From NCBI GenBank assembly GCA_001949185.1, contig BDGG01000003.1:4647092-4711091 (forward strand): a DNA stretch of 64,000 nucleotides, read 5' to 3'. Made by a program: the position numbers and the translations under genes. The stretch comes from Ramazzottius varieornatus (Eukaryota > Animalia > Tardigrada). How positions within the stretch are numbered: position 1 is the first letter of the stretch; each line of letters begins with the position of its first letter. Positions 12,701 through 25,316 of this stretch are shown here, in pieces. The notes beneath the pieces were generated by a model. The model ran no database searches and was not told the origin of the DNA. It saw only the letters and a list, made by a program, of their open reading frames with translations.

Positions 12701-13741
12701 GTTCACGGGTCCCTCCAACAGTTTCCTTTCATATCTGAACGATCACTTCTTTCTGCAGACCTTGCTTCCCATCTTTCGGCTACGAGGAGAGGCATCCAGA
12801 AAACCCATTGCTTTCATCGGTGAGAACAATTTGGCTCTGGGAATTTTCATGTGCTTTCTTCATCGACCTATTTGCTTTCGTGTTTGCTCGCCAGTCAAGT
12901 ACAATCATTTAACATCGAGAATCTACGAGTACTGCACTTAGGCTCTTGGCGCACTACCCAGCTAGCTGAACCTTGAAGGACCTGCAGGAGAACAAGGCCA
13001 GTGTGGAGCGGAGTATGTAAAACCTTGCACGCATCGATTGGCTTCTCCCATAAAGAGTCCCAAATTGCATTAGTGGGCACAAAACCACAGTGTACGTTTT
13101 CGATACGAGGCCTGCTCTAATTCCCGCCTATGTTTGGCTTTATCAACACTCTATTTAACGCGCGTGCACCAAAGGTTCCCCACGTTCCGTTATACATATA
13201 CATGGTTCAGTCTGCGGATTAATCGATGGTGCATATCGATCGACGTCCTCGCTGTGTCTGCCAATCGCAAAGAATTGTGCACAGCTGGAGATCAGCAGCA
13301 AACAGTAAAAGTCTCCTCCGTGTGTGAAAGTGCAGCTATCTTGGCTCGTCTTCCAAAGGGAAGACCTCAATCGAGCGAGTCGGTTTCCACATCGTCCTGG
13401 CTTTGGACAAAGATAGACTGTATGTTGGAGATACACGCATGTTTAATTATTCCTCTCGTATGGCTCTGTTCTACTGTGCCAACGCGATCGTTAACATCAG
13501 CTCGCTTTCTTCTTTTCAGACGCCAGTCTTCCTCCTTGCGATCGCCAAGGTCGCCTTCCCCATTACGTAAATTTAGCTTCGTGATGAACCTGTCCACTCT
13601 GGTAATGATCAGAAATTACTGACGGACATTCTTCCGTCCTTGACTTCCGGAAATGAACATTCCCCTTCAAGGTTGCAAATTCGACAATATTCGGTTGGAA
13701 TATTTCTGAATATTTCTGCATTTTATGGAATAGTTGGGCGA

Positions 13742-14947
13742 ATGATGATGTTCGCCGGGACGACCGATCATCACACTGGTGGCAGAATCGCCCCTCCCGG
13801 AAATGGGCCCCATCGACACTGGCGCTTTCCGCCGTGGATGGTATGGGGAGGTCTTCACGAACAACAGAGAAATTACCGGAGTTTCAACCCTCCCCCTTTC
13901 ATCCGACGCATTCCACCTCGAAGTCATACCATCAGTTCCGATTTCAAGATTTGTGATTGCCCCATCGTCTGCTATTTTTCCATGTCCATTTCCTTGATAT
14001 TGATCGGATGTCTGACCACCTTCTTCGTGCTCGACGATACATTCGATAGCTTTTCACATGCGGTGTCGCAACTGTGGCTGGTTGGTCCGCTCTTCATCTC
14101 ATGCGGCATTGTTATCTTTGTGCGTACTGTGATATTCATGAGAAGGAAGAGAATGATGCAACGGCAAAGAACGGTGAAAACATGTTTTCAAATTTTCTGG
14201 CGACTGTTTATTTTTCTTGTTGACCGTTAATTATCTTGCTTATTTTATCTCCAGGAGCTGAGGCGAAGAAGACGTCTTCATCGAAGGTCCCCGACCGACG
14301 GACGCCACATCGATGTCGAAGCTGCCTGCAGTCGAAGGTATGAGCCTCGTAGAGCTACGCCAATGTGGAACCAATATCGATGAAGATTTTCATGTCAATT
14401 ATTTGGGTGCTCGGCAGCCATATTCGACAAGAACATTTATCGAATTGGCGCAGGCTTTGGGCCTGTAACACTGACAGCGTGCGTCACTTGAGAAGACGAT
14501 CCGGTCGAGTTTGTTTGCCGAGTTCCCATCTCGTTCATTATTCTAAACATCTTTTTGGTCGGTTCTTTTTTAGTCGCTAAAATAATGCTCGTTTTCCGTT
14601 TCAGGGATTCCTTCTCGTCGCTTCCGCCAGATTACGAGGCCGTGATAAATGGCGTATATTCCTCTTTTACTCCTCGCCATCATTCGTTGTCGTCAGCCCG
14701 CGGGCGTCGGCTTTCCCATCAGTACCAGCGTCCATCATTAGCATTCTTGAATCTTGAAGAGCCTCCACCTTCGTATGACGAAGTTACTAGACTTCCTTTT
14801 ACTACAAGAGCTCCGCGCTATGTCGATGTCCAAGCGGCGCTGGGACCAAATGGACCGATCTCAACCATCCAGAATGAAGTGCGCCGCTTCTCGACCAACC
14901 GTATAACTTCTTCCACAGGTATGGTTTCCAGCACAGAAAGTTTGTAG
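13742..14947 (+). CDS. Two-TM protein with PPxY motifs (PIRT/TMEM171/TMEM200-like architecture)
   Basis: Exons 13742-14173, 14255-14337 and 14605-14947 join in frame. Two hydrophobic helices, a basic stretch RRKR..RRRRR, then LPPDYE and PPPSYDE. Confidence 0.7.
14404..14528. repeat. TGGCGCA palindromic element, full-length 1 unit, intronic
   Basis: TGGGTGCTCGGCA...TGCCGAGTTCCCA termini. Confidence 0.9.
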
Positions 14948-15554
14948 ACCACATTTCAACAATGGCCGTTTGCTTCCTTGCAGTGATCCCGAAAAGTAAT
15001 CTCGATCGTGCGTCGAAGGTTTAGGGTTCCCATATGATGGGTTCCCGCCAGAGGACAACGAGGAACCGCGCGATGCGCAGTTGCTTCGGCGTGCACTCTT
15101 GATCTAATCCATATTAATGTGAATAGAAGAAATTCGACTGCTGTTAAGAAATTAAGGCAGGAAGTCTACACGTACTTCTGCTGGTGGAGTTCGTTGGGTG
15201 GTTTGATGTTTGTGACTTGTCAACTTTAGTACGCACAGACAGCCTATCTGGATCCTTTCCTGTCCTTCGAGTTACCCAAGTATGTAATAAATAATGGACA
15301 TGGTCTCGTCCGACTTCCGCTTATACTATCGGCAACCGGTGGATCGGGGAGCAGTAGACTGCAGTTGATGAGGCTGGGCCTGGCTGGCGCTTTCCGGTCG
15401 AGAAACGACGTGACTTCCCGAGATCGTTGCAGATCCGGAGGAGAAATGGCAGAAAAAAACCTTTGTTATCTGTAACTGGCGTAGTCGACATGTAATTTTG
15501 AGTTGTCTCGTGGAGAGGTTAGCCAGCTTCTGCGTTCGCTGCACAACGAGTACT

Positions 15555-18110
15555 ATGTTCACTCGCGGTGGCGGAAAAGTTTGTTCTACGGTGTAGGATG
15601 CATGCGCAGCCTCGATCCGGTACCGTGCTGCTGCTCATAGTTATTACTCATTACGTGCTTCACATTATATAACACACCGTTACATAATACAGGCTTACAT
15701 ACTGCTGTACACCCTTACATCTCTTACATCGCAAATTACACATTACCTTACAAGGCTCACATCGCACTCTCCTCACAGTAGTATTCTTTGCTTCTTCCCT
15801 GAAGTCGAAGGCAGAAGTACATCGGAGTGCTCCCGCAAATACATGTGATACTTCTTCGGGGAATCTTTTGAACCGTGGTATAACGCGTTCTGGTAATTCA
15901 CGCAGGGATCGGTTGTTGGATATACTCAGCGATGGTCTTATGGCGGCGGAGCGCTCTGCATCAACTACAAAATTCCGTAAGTGTGTATTATCTATGAGTT
16001 GTTTCTTCTTCGGTCTGTTGTCACAGTCCTCTCTGGTTTCAGATTCAGGCACGAGGACTAACCGGAAGTTTCCACAGGAGTAAGCCCATTGCTTCGACGG
16101 CAGGTTCCGACGACCGGGCCAAGTCATCGATGTCTCGCAAAGCAAGTCCGGATGGCCGATCCATACAAGCTTTTCGCCCTAAGAAAGTTTTGGTCCTGTC
16201 AAAGATCACCCGATATGAATTCGAGAAGCAGAAACAGTCACCGCTTACGGACGAAGAGCTTGCGGAAGCGGTAGGTATTATTCTCTATCTCGTAGCACTT
16301 GTGGGGCGCTCGGCTGACAAACTCGACAAAATCGTTTCTTCAAGCCGCGCACGGTCCCGGTCTTATTGAGGGAGCGCATGGGCCACCTAGATATCTGCAT
16401 CGCTTAATTACTCACGCTTTCATTTCTTTGTAGCTAGCAAAGAAAGGATCTAATCTAGCAACGTTGAAGAAGTACCATGACTTTCACAAGGAACAAGCCC
16501 ACAACATTGTGAAAAGTCTCACGTAGGTGCGAGTTGACTTTTACTCACCTGTAGTCCTGTATAACAGTAATTTGATCGTAAGTACCGGCAGAAGAACCGA
16601 AAGTGAGAACGCTATCAGTATCGGAGCCTCGCGTTACAGATTTTCTTTTGTTTCAGAGAAAGAAAGATCGAAGCTCACATAGTGAATCGTTACGAGTACG
16701 GACCGGAGACTGTCAAATGGGCTGACGCCATCATTACCGCCGGTGGAGATGGAACGTTCCTGCTCGGAGCTAGTATGGTTAAGGATGCCAGAGTACCCAT
16801 AATAGGAGTCAACACAGACCCAAGAAGGTACTTTACGGACAGATTAAACGTTAACCGTCCAGTTCAAGATGTTCCTTTCAGATCCGAGGGTTATCTTTGC
16901 CTGCCGAAGGAAGATTCTCTCAGCTTCCCTGCATCGTTAGACAAGCTTCTCGACCAACAGTTCCGTTGGGCGTATCGTCAAAGGATCCGGGTCGAGCTGT
17001 CAGGTCCGCATGCCATGGAAGCTCCTGTTGAACTACACGAGCAAGAACTCGATTTTCCGCGGCACAAGTTCGCTGACTTTGCGGTGGACCTTGACGATAA
17101 GAACGAAGAACCTTCGTCTAAAGACAATGCAACTTCCACTGCGCCAGGGACATCTAGTCAGGAGACCTTCTCCCGCGTCCTCCCCGAATGTGCCTTGAAT
17201 GAAGTTTTTATCGGTGAATCTCTGTCTTCACGGTAGGTACGGGATTCTTTATCGCTGTAGTTACTTTTTATTCTTTGGGAGCTCAGCAAACAAACCCGAC
17301 AGGATCGTTTCTTCAAGTGCCGCATGCTTTCCGCTTATAACACCGTAACCGTGCGCCACTTTACATGACAATCAGAATCGAAAAGATCGGTTTTTTAAGT
17401 GGCGCAGACTTACAGCTTATAGCACCAGAAATGTGCGCCACGTGAGAAAATGGTTTTGTCGATTTGGTTTACTGCCTCTGATTTCGCTGGTTCGAGGTTT
17501 TTTCGTGTTGTAGGGTTTCGTACTATGAAATCACCGTGGACAACTATCCTGCTCAGAAACAGAAGAGCTCCGGTGTGGCCATCTGTACGGGAACTGGTTC
17601 GAGGTCTTGGGCCTTCAACATCAACAAGCTGACGAAACAAGCTACTGCCTCCATCATCAATATCAGTACGTTCCGGGCATTAGTACCAAGTTACTATTTA
17701 CTGATGTTCCTTGTTGTGTGGTTGCAGTTCGAGAAACTTCGCTTCTGCCGATTCCCTCTGAAGATGAGTACATCGAGATGATCACTTCCCGTTTCAACGA
17801 CAAACTCTTGTTCGATCCGAGTGACGAAAGGATGGTCTATACAGTTCGCGATCCGGTGTCGAACAGAGTGTACGGTGCCGAGAACCCAAGAGGCTATGCT
17901 CAACGGTGAGGTGCTACGTACTGCCGTGTTCGCCGAAAGGTTTCAGATGGAAAACGAGAGGTGTCTTTTGTTAGGGTTACGATCAAGTCTCGATGCAGCG
18001 ATGCTTCGTTGGTCATCGACGGCGGATCTTCTTACAAGTTTAACGATGGAGCGACCGCAGTGTTCACAATCAACCCAGAAGACGCATTGCGGACTGTACA
18101 GTTGTTATAG
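15555..18110 (+). CDS. NADK2: Mitochondrial NAD kinase 2
   Basis: KVLVLSKITRYEFE, GGDGTFLL, IIGVNTDP, RQRIRV, ALNEVFIGE, QKSSGVAICTGTGSRSW; stop TAG 18108-18110. The 5' exons (15555, 15906-15976) are less certain. Confidence 0.92.
16302..16390. repeat. TGGCGCA palindromic element, degenerate or truncated, intronic
   Basis: Left arm ctcggctgacaaactcgacaaaatcgttt plus a decayed core. Confidence 0.65.
17277..17480. repeat. TGGCGCA palindromic element, 2 units, intronic
   Basis: tgggagctcagcaaacaaac arm and two cores. Confidence 0.9.
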
Positions 18111-18506
18111 ATCTTGTTTTTAACCCTTAGAGAACAATAACTGAAATCCATATTGCTCATGTTTGAAATTTTATTCTTGCCTTGTCTCGATAGAGAACCT
18201 TTTTCTAGCTCGAAGTTTTCTTTGTTATACACTATTTTAACGTTTGACAGTGAAACGATTATCGTGCATATATTCATAAGGAATTCCACCGGAAACTCAA
18301 CTGTAAGTAAAACATACAAGCGCCTGACGACTGGTGGAAACTTTCGACGAAATAGACAACTGAAGCAACGGTATCGACTGGGTAAATGGAAAATGAAGTG
18401 GCTGAAAACATAAAGCTGACACGAACAAAGATAATTTACATCACAAGGTATGCCGGTATGTATACAGGATAGATCGTTACACATGCTCCGAAACTGCTTT
18501 CAAAGA

Positions 18507-20015
18507 TCAGAAAATTGGAATGTAGTTGTCGATCTTGGTTCGATGGCGTTGAGCCACGCACTCGGCAATCCACACAATGTTTCGACATTCTTGCTCCTTC
18601 AGCTTGAAGAGCGAATAGAAGACGCCATAGTGGAACTGCTGCATGAACCCATTCACGTTCAACTTAACCTGCAAACAGAAGCGCAAGTTGCAAGACTGTG
18701 TTCTCCAAGGTCTGAAAAAGAGATGCGTACCTCATATTCGAAGAACTTGTCTTCCAAGGTCTTCTCGCCACCTTGTCCTTGCGTCCCAATATCGTCGAAG
18801 ATCTTCTTGTACTCTGCAAAGTTCTCCGCCACCATCCGAACTTGATCGTAGTCTGATGCCCGAGTTAGACCAGCGATACCATACGGGTATAGCTTCCCAC
18901 ATGTCGGGTACAAATTCACACGATCGTCCTTCGACAGCTCTGTTCCGAAGGAGTTGATCGTGATGGTGAAGCATCGACGATCCGCTTCAAACTTGAAAGT
19001 AAAACAATAGTTATCCTCTACAAGACTATCTTCGTGCGAATTTGCTCTACTACTTACAGCTAGAATTTCGCACATGACTTCTCTCGTCGTTCCGCCCAAG
19101 CCATAGCAGAAATCGTAGAAGGCTTCCAAGTAGGCCTACGAAGGATATAACATAATAAAAAGATGTTTTCTCGCGTGACGCATTTTCTGCTTCCTACTGG
19201 CTGGAAATGTGCGCCACTTGCAGAAACGATCTCGTCGAGTCTGCTTGCCGAACCCCCAAATAAATATTTTTGTTCCTTACCTTGTACAGTTTGTTACGGA
19301 TGATTTCAATGTTCATTTCGTCTAGATCTTGCTCCGAGATGCAGTCCGCGAAGAAGGGTGCCAGTGGGGTGTCCACAATGACTGCATTGTACAGCTCAGC
19401 TGTGGTCGAGGCGATGTTCAGAGCCTCCATCTGTTCGAAGCTGCCCAGTGGATGACACTTGGCGATCAACTCGCCAATGGGGCGACCGTGAAGACTTCCC
19501 GTAATCAACAGGACGATGTTGTCGATCATGTAGGAATACCTGGAGAAGACATCCAAGTTAACTTCCTGTCCGTATATCATAAGAGAAAATGATAAGGATG
19601 ATTAGCTCACGTGACATAGTCCAGAAAGGTGCTGAGAGGTTCCACAGCTTGATTCCTGATGTGACGAAACTCCTGGACCATCTTCTCTTTCAGCTTCTCG
19701 TCGATGACAGCTACTTGTAGGGGACTAGGCTCATTCGCGAGGAAGTTTCCATAGTCTGTGCTTTGCAGATGCAGTTTCAAATCTGTAATTAACAAAGCAT
19801 GTCGTATGACCGGAAGTGATGCTAGACTCCGTCAGTAGAGCTTTCAACCACCTTCCAAAGTAGCTGGATTTCTTACCATCGATGGTCTCACACTGTACCA
19901 AGTTCAGGTAGTCCGTTCTGTTGAGAATTCCAGCTTTGAAACCTCGAGCCAGTCCTTCGAGGTAGCCATCGTCGATGTTGAAACGCACTTCGGGAAACCA
20001 TCTGTCCAGAAACAT
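18507..20015 (-). CDS. ATP6V0D1: V-type proton ATPase V0 subunit d
   Basis: [67 protein letters not shown]; C-terminus [23 protein letters not shown]. Confidence 0.97.
19160..19258. repeat. TGGCGCA palindromic element, 1 unit, intronic
   Basis: GTGACGCA..GTGCGCCACTTG..gtcgagtctgcttgccg. Confidence 0.85.
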
Positions 20016-20900
20016 CTTCGACTTGGCTGGAAATCCGCGCTGCTCACTTAGGACGCCTCGGTAATCTACAGTTATCGATGACAGGAGAACTCAGGAAGTG
20101 AATGCAGAACTCAGATCGGAAAGGGGAGAAACCGAGAAGGTGAAATGTCTGCACTCATAAAGAGAATCGCATCCACGCCTTCATGTTGACAATATTTCCA
20201 GCACTAAAGAGTTGCGCGGTCTGGGAGGGGCATTTGACGGGATGCCTAATCGTGTTGCGATATGTTCGTAACCGAAGACCGGGTAAATCCGTGCTCGGCT
20301 CTGTCAACTGGCAGCCAGCTTTGGTGAGCCGTACGCGCTACAAGTTCCACTGAACTGCCTCGCATCACCACGATGAACAAAAACGTACAGCTTACCATCA
20401 AAATGATCCACATTCAAATAAACAGCGAAATAGGCTGATTGCCTGATTACTCCTTTCCTAGTCAAACTGTTGTAAGATTTTCGCGTCATTTTCCCGGAGT
20501 AAACCCGATTTCGAAGGAATATTTTCTGGGTCTACCGTTCTCTTTTACCATAACACTTGTAGGTCACTCATCGTTTTTGGACCTGTTGGTGAGGATAGAA
20601 TGGAGAACGCTCAGGAGCTGAAGGATTGATTCGGTCGTTGTTGGGAGCGATGAACGGCTCTGGACTGCAGACCATTCATTGCATCATTGATCGACGCTGA
20701 CTTCATCTGACGGAAAATCTTCCCAGGAAGAGTGAGTTATTCCTGTGTGAATCCTGAAAGGGAGTACACAACCGTGTATTCAGACGTTCGTTACTCGTTA
20801 TCATAAGCTGTCTGGGGAATTATTCTTTGGGTTATAGGTGGGCGCACTCAGCTGATCGCCCCGCCACTTCTTATGTCTTTCCTGACCATCTCATGTTGCT

Positions 20901-23900
20901 ATGAGGTACATATCTTCCATGAAACGTGAGATCATCAATAGCCGAAACGTCCGGCGCTACCACGCTCTTTCCCACGCCAAGAGACAGCCATGTACCCTGA
21001 TCCTTCGTGTGCCGCGTCCTCTGGTTGGCACTCCCGTCATGGGTGTTCGTTACTTTGGGATCGGCCTTCTTGCTCGTCAGCTGCTCAAAGTACGCTACTG
21101 GATTCTCGGAGGTTCGGTGGCAGGAGGTGTAGCCCTGAAGGACAAATATAACAACCTCAAGCAACAGCTACCGGACATACCCGATTTCACTCAGTTCTTC
21201 CCGGAGGCGACTGCAGATGAGCTGCACCAAATGTGGGATCGGATAAAGGAGAGGGCTGAAAGTGGTAGCGGAACGCTGGCTGGCTTTGCTCATGACAGGC
21301 TGAATCGGGCCAATACATGGCTGCTCGATTTGGAGAAGTCACTGGGAAGCCAGATACGAAATGGAATTACGGAAGGACCAAGCACGGCCGTAGCAAATAT
21401 TTCAGATACGGAAACTGAAGGTACTTCATTTGCCCACGTCTGACGTCACGAGTAATCGCTCGGTAAATGGTGGGCGTGTGTAACTTGCTCGAATTTGTCG
21501 CGTCTGATCGTGATGTCGTACGCCAGTTGTTGTAGAGCTGGTGTAATGCTGTCATGTCATGTTACATCACGTATTGCATTTCTTGTGTTTTCAGGGCCGG
21601 AAAGAGGGAGTATTTTCCCTCTCGCTGTACTCGCAAACACGGCTCCAGTACCTAAGGAGACCATCGAGGAACGGAGAAAGCGTGCTGAACAAGAACGACA
21701 ACTGCGAGAGATGGAAGACGAGTTAAGAAGGCTTCACTCCGCAGGCCAACTAGCAATCGACCGTCTAGAAGCTGAAAACCGGGAGCTTCGCGACACTCTC
21801 AACAACATCCGCGATGCCAGTCCGGAGTCACGGGCGGTGAGGTCATCTTCTCAAAGCCCCATCGAGATGTACTCCGAGATACTGGACCTACTTTCGACGT
21901 ACGACAGCAACTTTAATACACAAGATCATCTACCGAGAATAGTCGTCGTTGGTGACCAAAGCGCGGGCAAAACTAGCGTCTTGGAAATGATTGCTCAAGC
22001 CAGGATATTTCCTCGTGGCGCCGGCGAAATGATGACTCGTGCTCCTGTTCAGGTAAGGTGAACTGCAATGACCAAAACTTGACAGAAATCTGCGAACAAA
22101 ACTCTGGACCTCGGCAAACAAACTCGACCAGATTGTTTTTCCAAGTGGCGCACGTTCGAGTTAAGAACAGTGGATGCATGCGCCACTTGAGTCGAGTTTG
22201 TGTACCTAGCTCCTTCTTGATGTCATGTCATATATGTCGTGCATGTGATGTCCTACTGTGTTATGTCATGTTGTACCGAATTAAATTTTGAAACTGGTTG
22301 GATTTGCAGGTGACCCTGAGTGACGGACCAGATCGCATCGCTCGCTTCCGTGATTCCAGTCGTGACTACGATCTGGATAACGAACGGGACTTGGTGGATC
22401 TTCGGAGAGAGATCGAACAAAGAATGCGCGCCAGTGTCCGCGGTGGTCGCACAGTCAGCAAAGATGTGATATCCTTGTCGGTGAAGGGTCCTGGGCTAAG
22501 CCGGATGGTCCTGGTGGACCTTCCGGGCATCATAGCCACCGTCACAGCCGAAATGGCTTCCGATACCAAAGACACAATATACTCACTCAGCAAATCGTAC
22601 ATGAAGAACCCTAATGCCATCATATTGTGCATACAAGATGGCTCGATTGACGCGGAAAGAAGTAACGTGACAGACTTGGTCAGCTCCATCGATCCAGACG
22701 GTGCGAGGTAGCTAACAAGCTTCTTTTCACAATTGAAGATTACAATCACCGAACATTCCAGAAGTGAATTTCTGGTGGCTGTAATTGGAACATAGACAAA
22801 AATACTCTACAAGTTTGTTTAGTTAAGTGGCGCACGCTTCCGGCCAGTAACACTGGTCATGTGCGCAACTTGTGAGAGCAGCCTTCTCGAGTTTTCCAAG
22901 CGGCGCATGCTGTCAGCCAGTAATACCGCTATAACGCGCCACTTGGAAAAATAATCTTGTGGAGTTTGTCTGCCGAGCTTCCAACTGGATTTCTGAACCT
23001 TTTGGCTGAACTTCACTCCCCGTAGCTTTCATCGAAAGTACGAGGTATCTCGATTAAAAACCAGATTTCAAAAGCATAATGTCAGCGTGGTAGGACCAGA
23101 CCGCACACAAAAACTGATTTGACTGAACTGGTTTTTTTTTAACTTTAGGACGATTTTCGTACTGACAAAGATCGATGTGGCCGAGAAGTCTGTGATGAAC
23201 CCAGAAAGGATAAAGAAGATCCTCGAAGGTCGGCTGTTCCCCATGCGTGCTCTGGGGTACTTTGCTGTGGTGACAGGAAGAGGTAACGTGTCAGACAGCA
23301 TTGAAGACATCCAAGCCTACGAACAGGACTACTTCAAGAACTCTGCGCTGTTGAAGAAAGGAGTCTTTAAGCCATACCAGACCACCACGAAGAACCTGAG
23401 TCACGCCGTGTCAGAACGGTTCTGGAAGATGGTGAGGGACACAGTGGAGGCGCAGTCATTACAGTTAAAGGCTCAACGGTTCAACCTGGAAGCCGAGTGG
23501 AAGAACCATTTCCCGAAATACCGGCCGATGGACCGCAAAGAACTGTATGAAAGATCGAGAGTCAAGATCATGGACGATGTCATGTCTGCTTGTCTGAGCA
23601 CGAACGTCAACTGGGTCTGTTAAAAGAAATTTCCGAACGATTTCGGCCTAAGCAAGTGGCGCACGCTCTAGCCAATAACATCAGAAGCGTGCGCCATTTC
23701 GGAAAAACAATCTAACTCCACAAGATCGGTTCTCCGAGTGGCGCATGCTTTGGGCTAGCTACACCGAGAACGTGCGCCACTTTGGAAAAACAGTTGTGTC
23801 TATTTGCCGAGCTGCCATTATTTTACCATATCTCTTTATTCTTCCAGGTGCGGAATATCGAGGAGTCGTTATGGCGGCGCTTCTCTCCCTACCTCTTTGA

Positions 23901-24930
23901 CAACGTTTACTTCACGGCCGCCGCCGCCGAAACTCGTCCGATGTTCAACACCATCATCGACATTAAGCTGCGCGAATGGAAAGAGAAGAACCTGGAGCAC
24001 ATGTGCCTGACGGTCGGTTCCGACGCCATGAAGCTGGAGATGCGCAACATCGTGGCCAAGGCCCCCTCTGAAGGTGAACAAGACCCCATCTACGACGCAG
24101 TCAAGAAAGCCGCGGTGGAGATGGCTCTCGATAGACACAAGTGGGAACGTCAAGCAGTCGATCGGTTAAGAACGTTAGTGACGAACGCCTTGGACGATAA
24201 CTCGATAGCCAGTAGTCTCATGTGGGACCACGCGGTCGAGTTCTGGCAGACTGCCTTAAGTGAGAAGTTGGCTGAGTTAAGAGGTAGGCTCAAGGAAGAA
24301 ACAGGGCCGGGTTTCACGGAGAAGTGGGCAATGTGGAAGTCGGTGAAACCTGAACAGAAGATAGCGTCTGAAGCTTTGATTGAGCTGGAGAAGCTGCAGA
24401 AAAGTATAGGCGATAAAAAGGCACCCTTCTTGTTCGATCTCTCACCCGATGATCTGAACGCGGTGAAGAAGAACCTGGAATTGAAGAAGGTGGTGGTGGA
24501 AGCGGACATGGTGCAACGGCTGTGGAGTCTGTTGAGAAGGCAGAATTTCCTGAAGGATTCCATGAAGCGAGCGGACGCTTGTCGCAATTCGTTTTATTAT
24601 TTTAAGAAGGGCAGTTTGGATGAGGATATGAACTGTGATGATGTACTACTGTTTTCCCGAGTGAGAAGAATGATCAGCCAGACTAGTCGGTCACTGGCTC
24701 AGCAGATCGACGAGTCGGAAATCCGAAGGTTCGAGAGGGAACTGAAGAGGGCCGTCAATGATATCGGGCAGGACAAGGAAGGGCTGCAGACGTACTTTGC
24801 CGGGAAAAGAGTGGAGCTGGCGGAGAAGCTGAAACAAGTTCGGCAGATTCAAACGAAGCTAGACTTGTTCGTGGCCACTCTTTCTGATGAGGAGAAAACT
24901 AAAAGGGCCAAGTTGGGTTTTGCCGTATAG
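20901..24930 (+). CDS. OPA1: Dynamin-like mitochondrial fusion GTPase OPA1
   Basis: [94 protein letters not shown]. Exons about 20901-21421, 21595-22052, 22311-22707, 23149-23614, 23848-24930. Confidence 0.97.
22105..22212. repeat. TGGCGCA palindromic element, 1 unit, intronic
   Basis: ctcggcaaacaaactcgac arm; core 22146 / 22179 (26-bp spacer). Confidence 0.9.
22795..22984. repeat. TGGCGCA palindromic element, 2 units, intronic
   Basis: Two cores plus right arm gagtttgtctgccgagc. Confidence 0.9.
23640..23815. repeat. TGGCGCA palindromic element, 2 units, intronic
   Basis: Cores 23657 / 23690 and 23739 / 23773. Confidence 0.9.
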
Positions 24931-25316
24931 TCTTTAACTGTGTGATTTCTCTTATCTTCTTTGATGTAGAAAAGTGTTCTTCCCTTCTTGCGCAGTTGTT
25001 AGTTTGCTTTCTTACTCGATGGTTTTCAGTGTTAATGTTAGCAAAGTTTTATGAATTTGCCCGGTAAATTATCAAAACATTGGAATCCAAACTTCAGAAA
25101 GTGAATTTGTTCGGTCTCGGAGGAAGATTCCGAATATTTGACATCATCCACCTGCGCACAGCGAGCCCTGTATTTATTAGGGACATATGCGTATGTACGA
25201 AATATGTGCGAAATCTCAGAAATGGTTCGACTGTCAGCCTTTCTGTTATGTATAACACAGCCTTGCATAATCACTGATTACTGTAATGCGATGGAAACGC
25301 GACAGTTGGTTGACTG

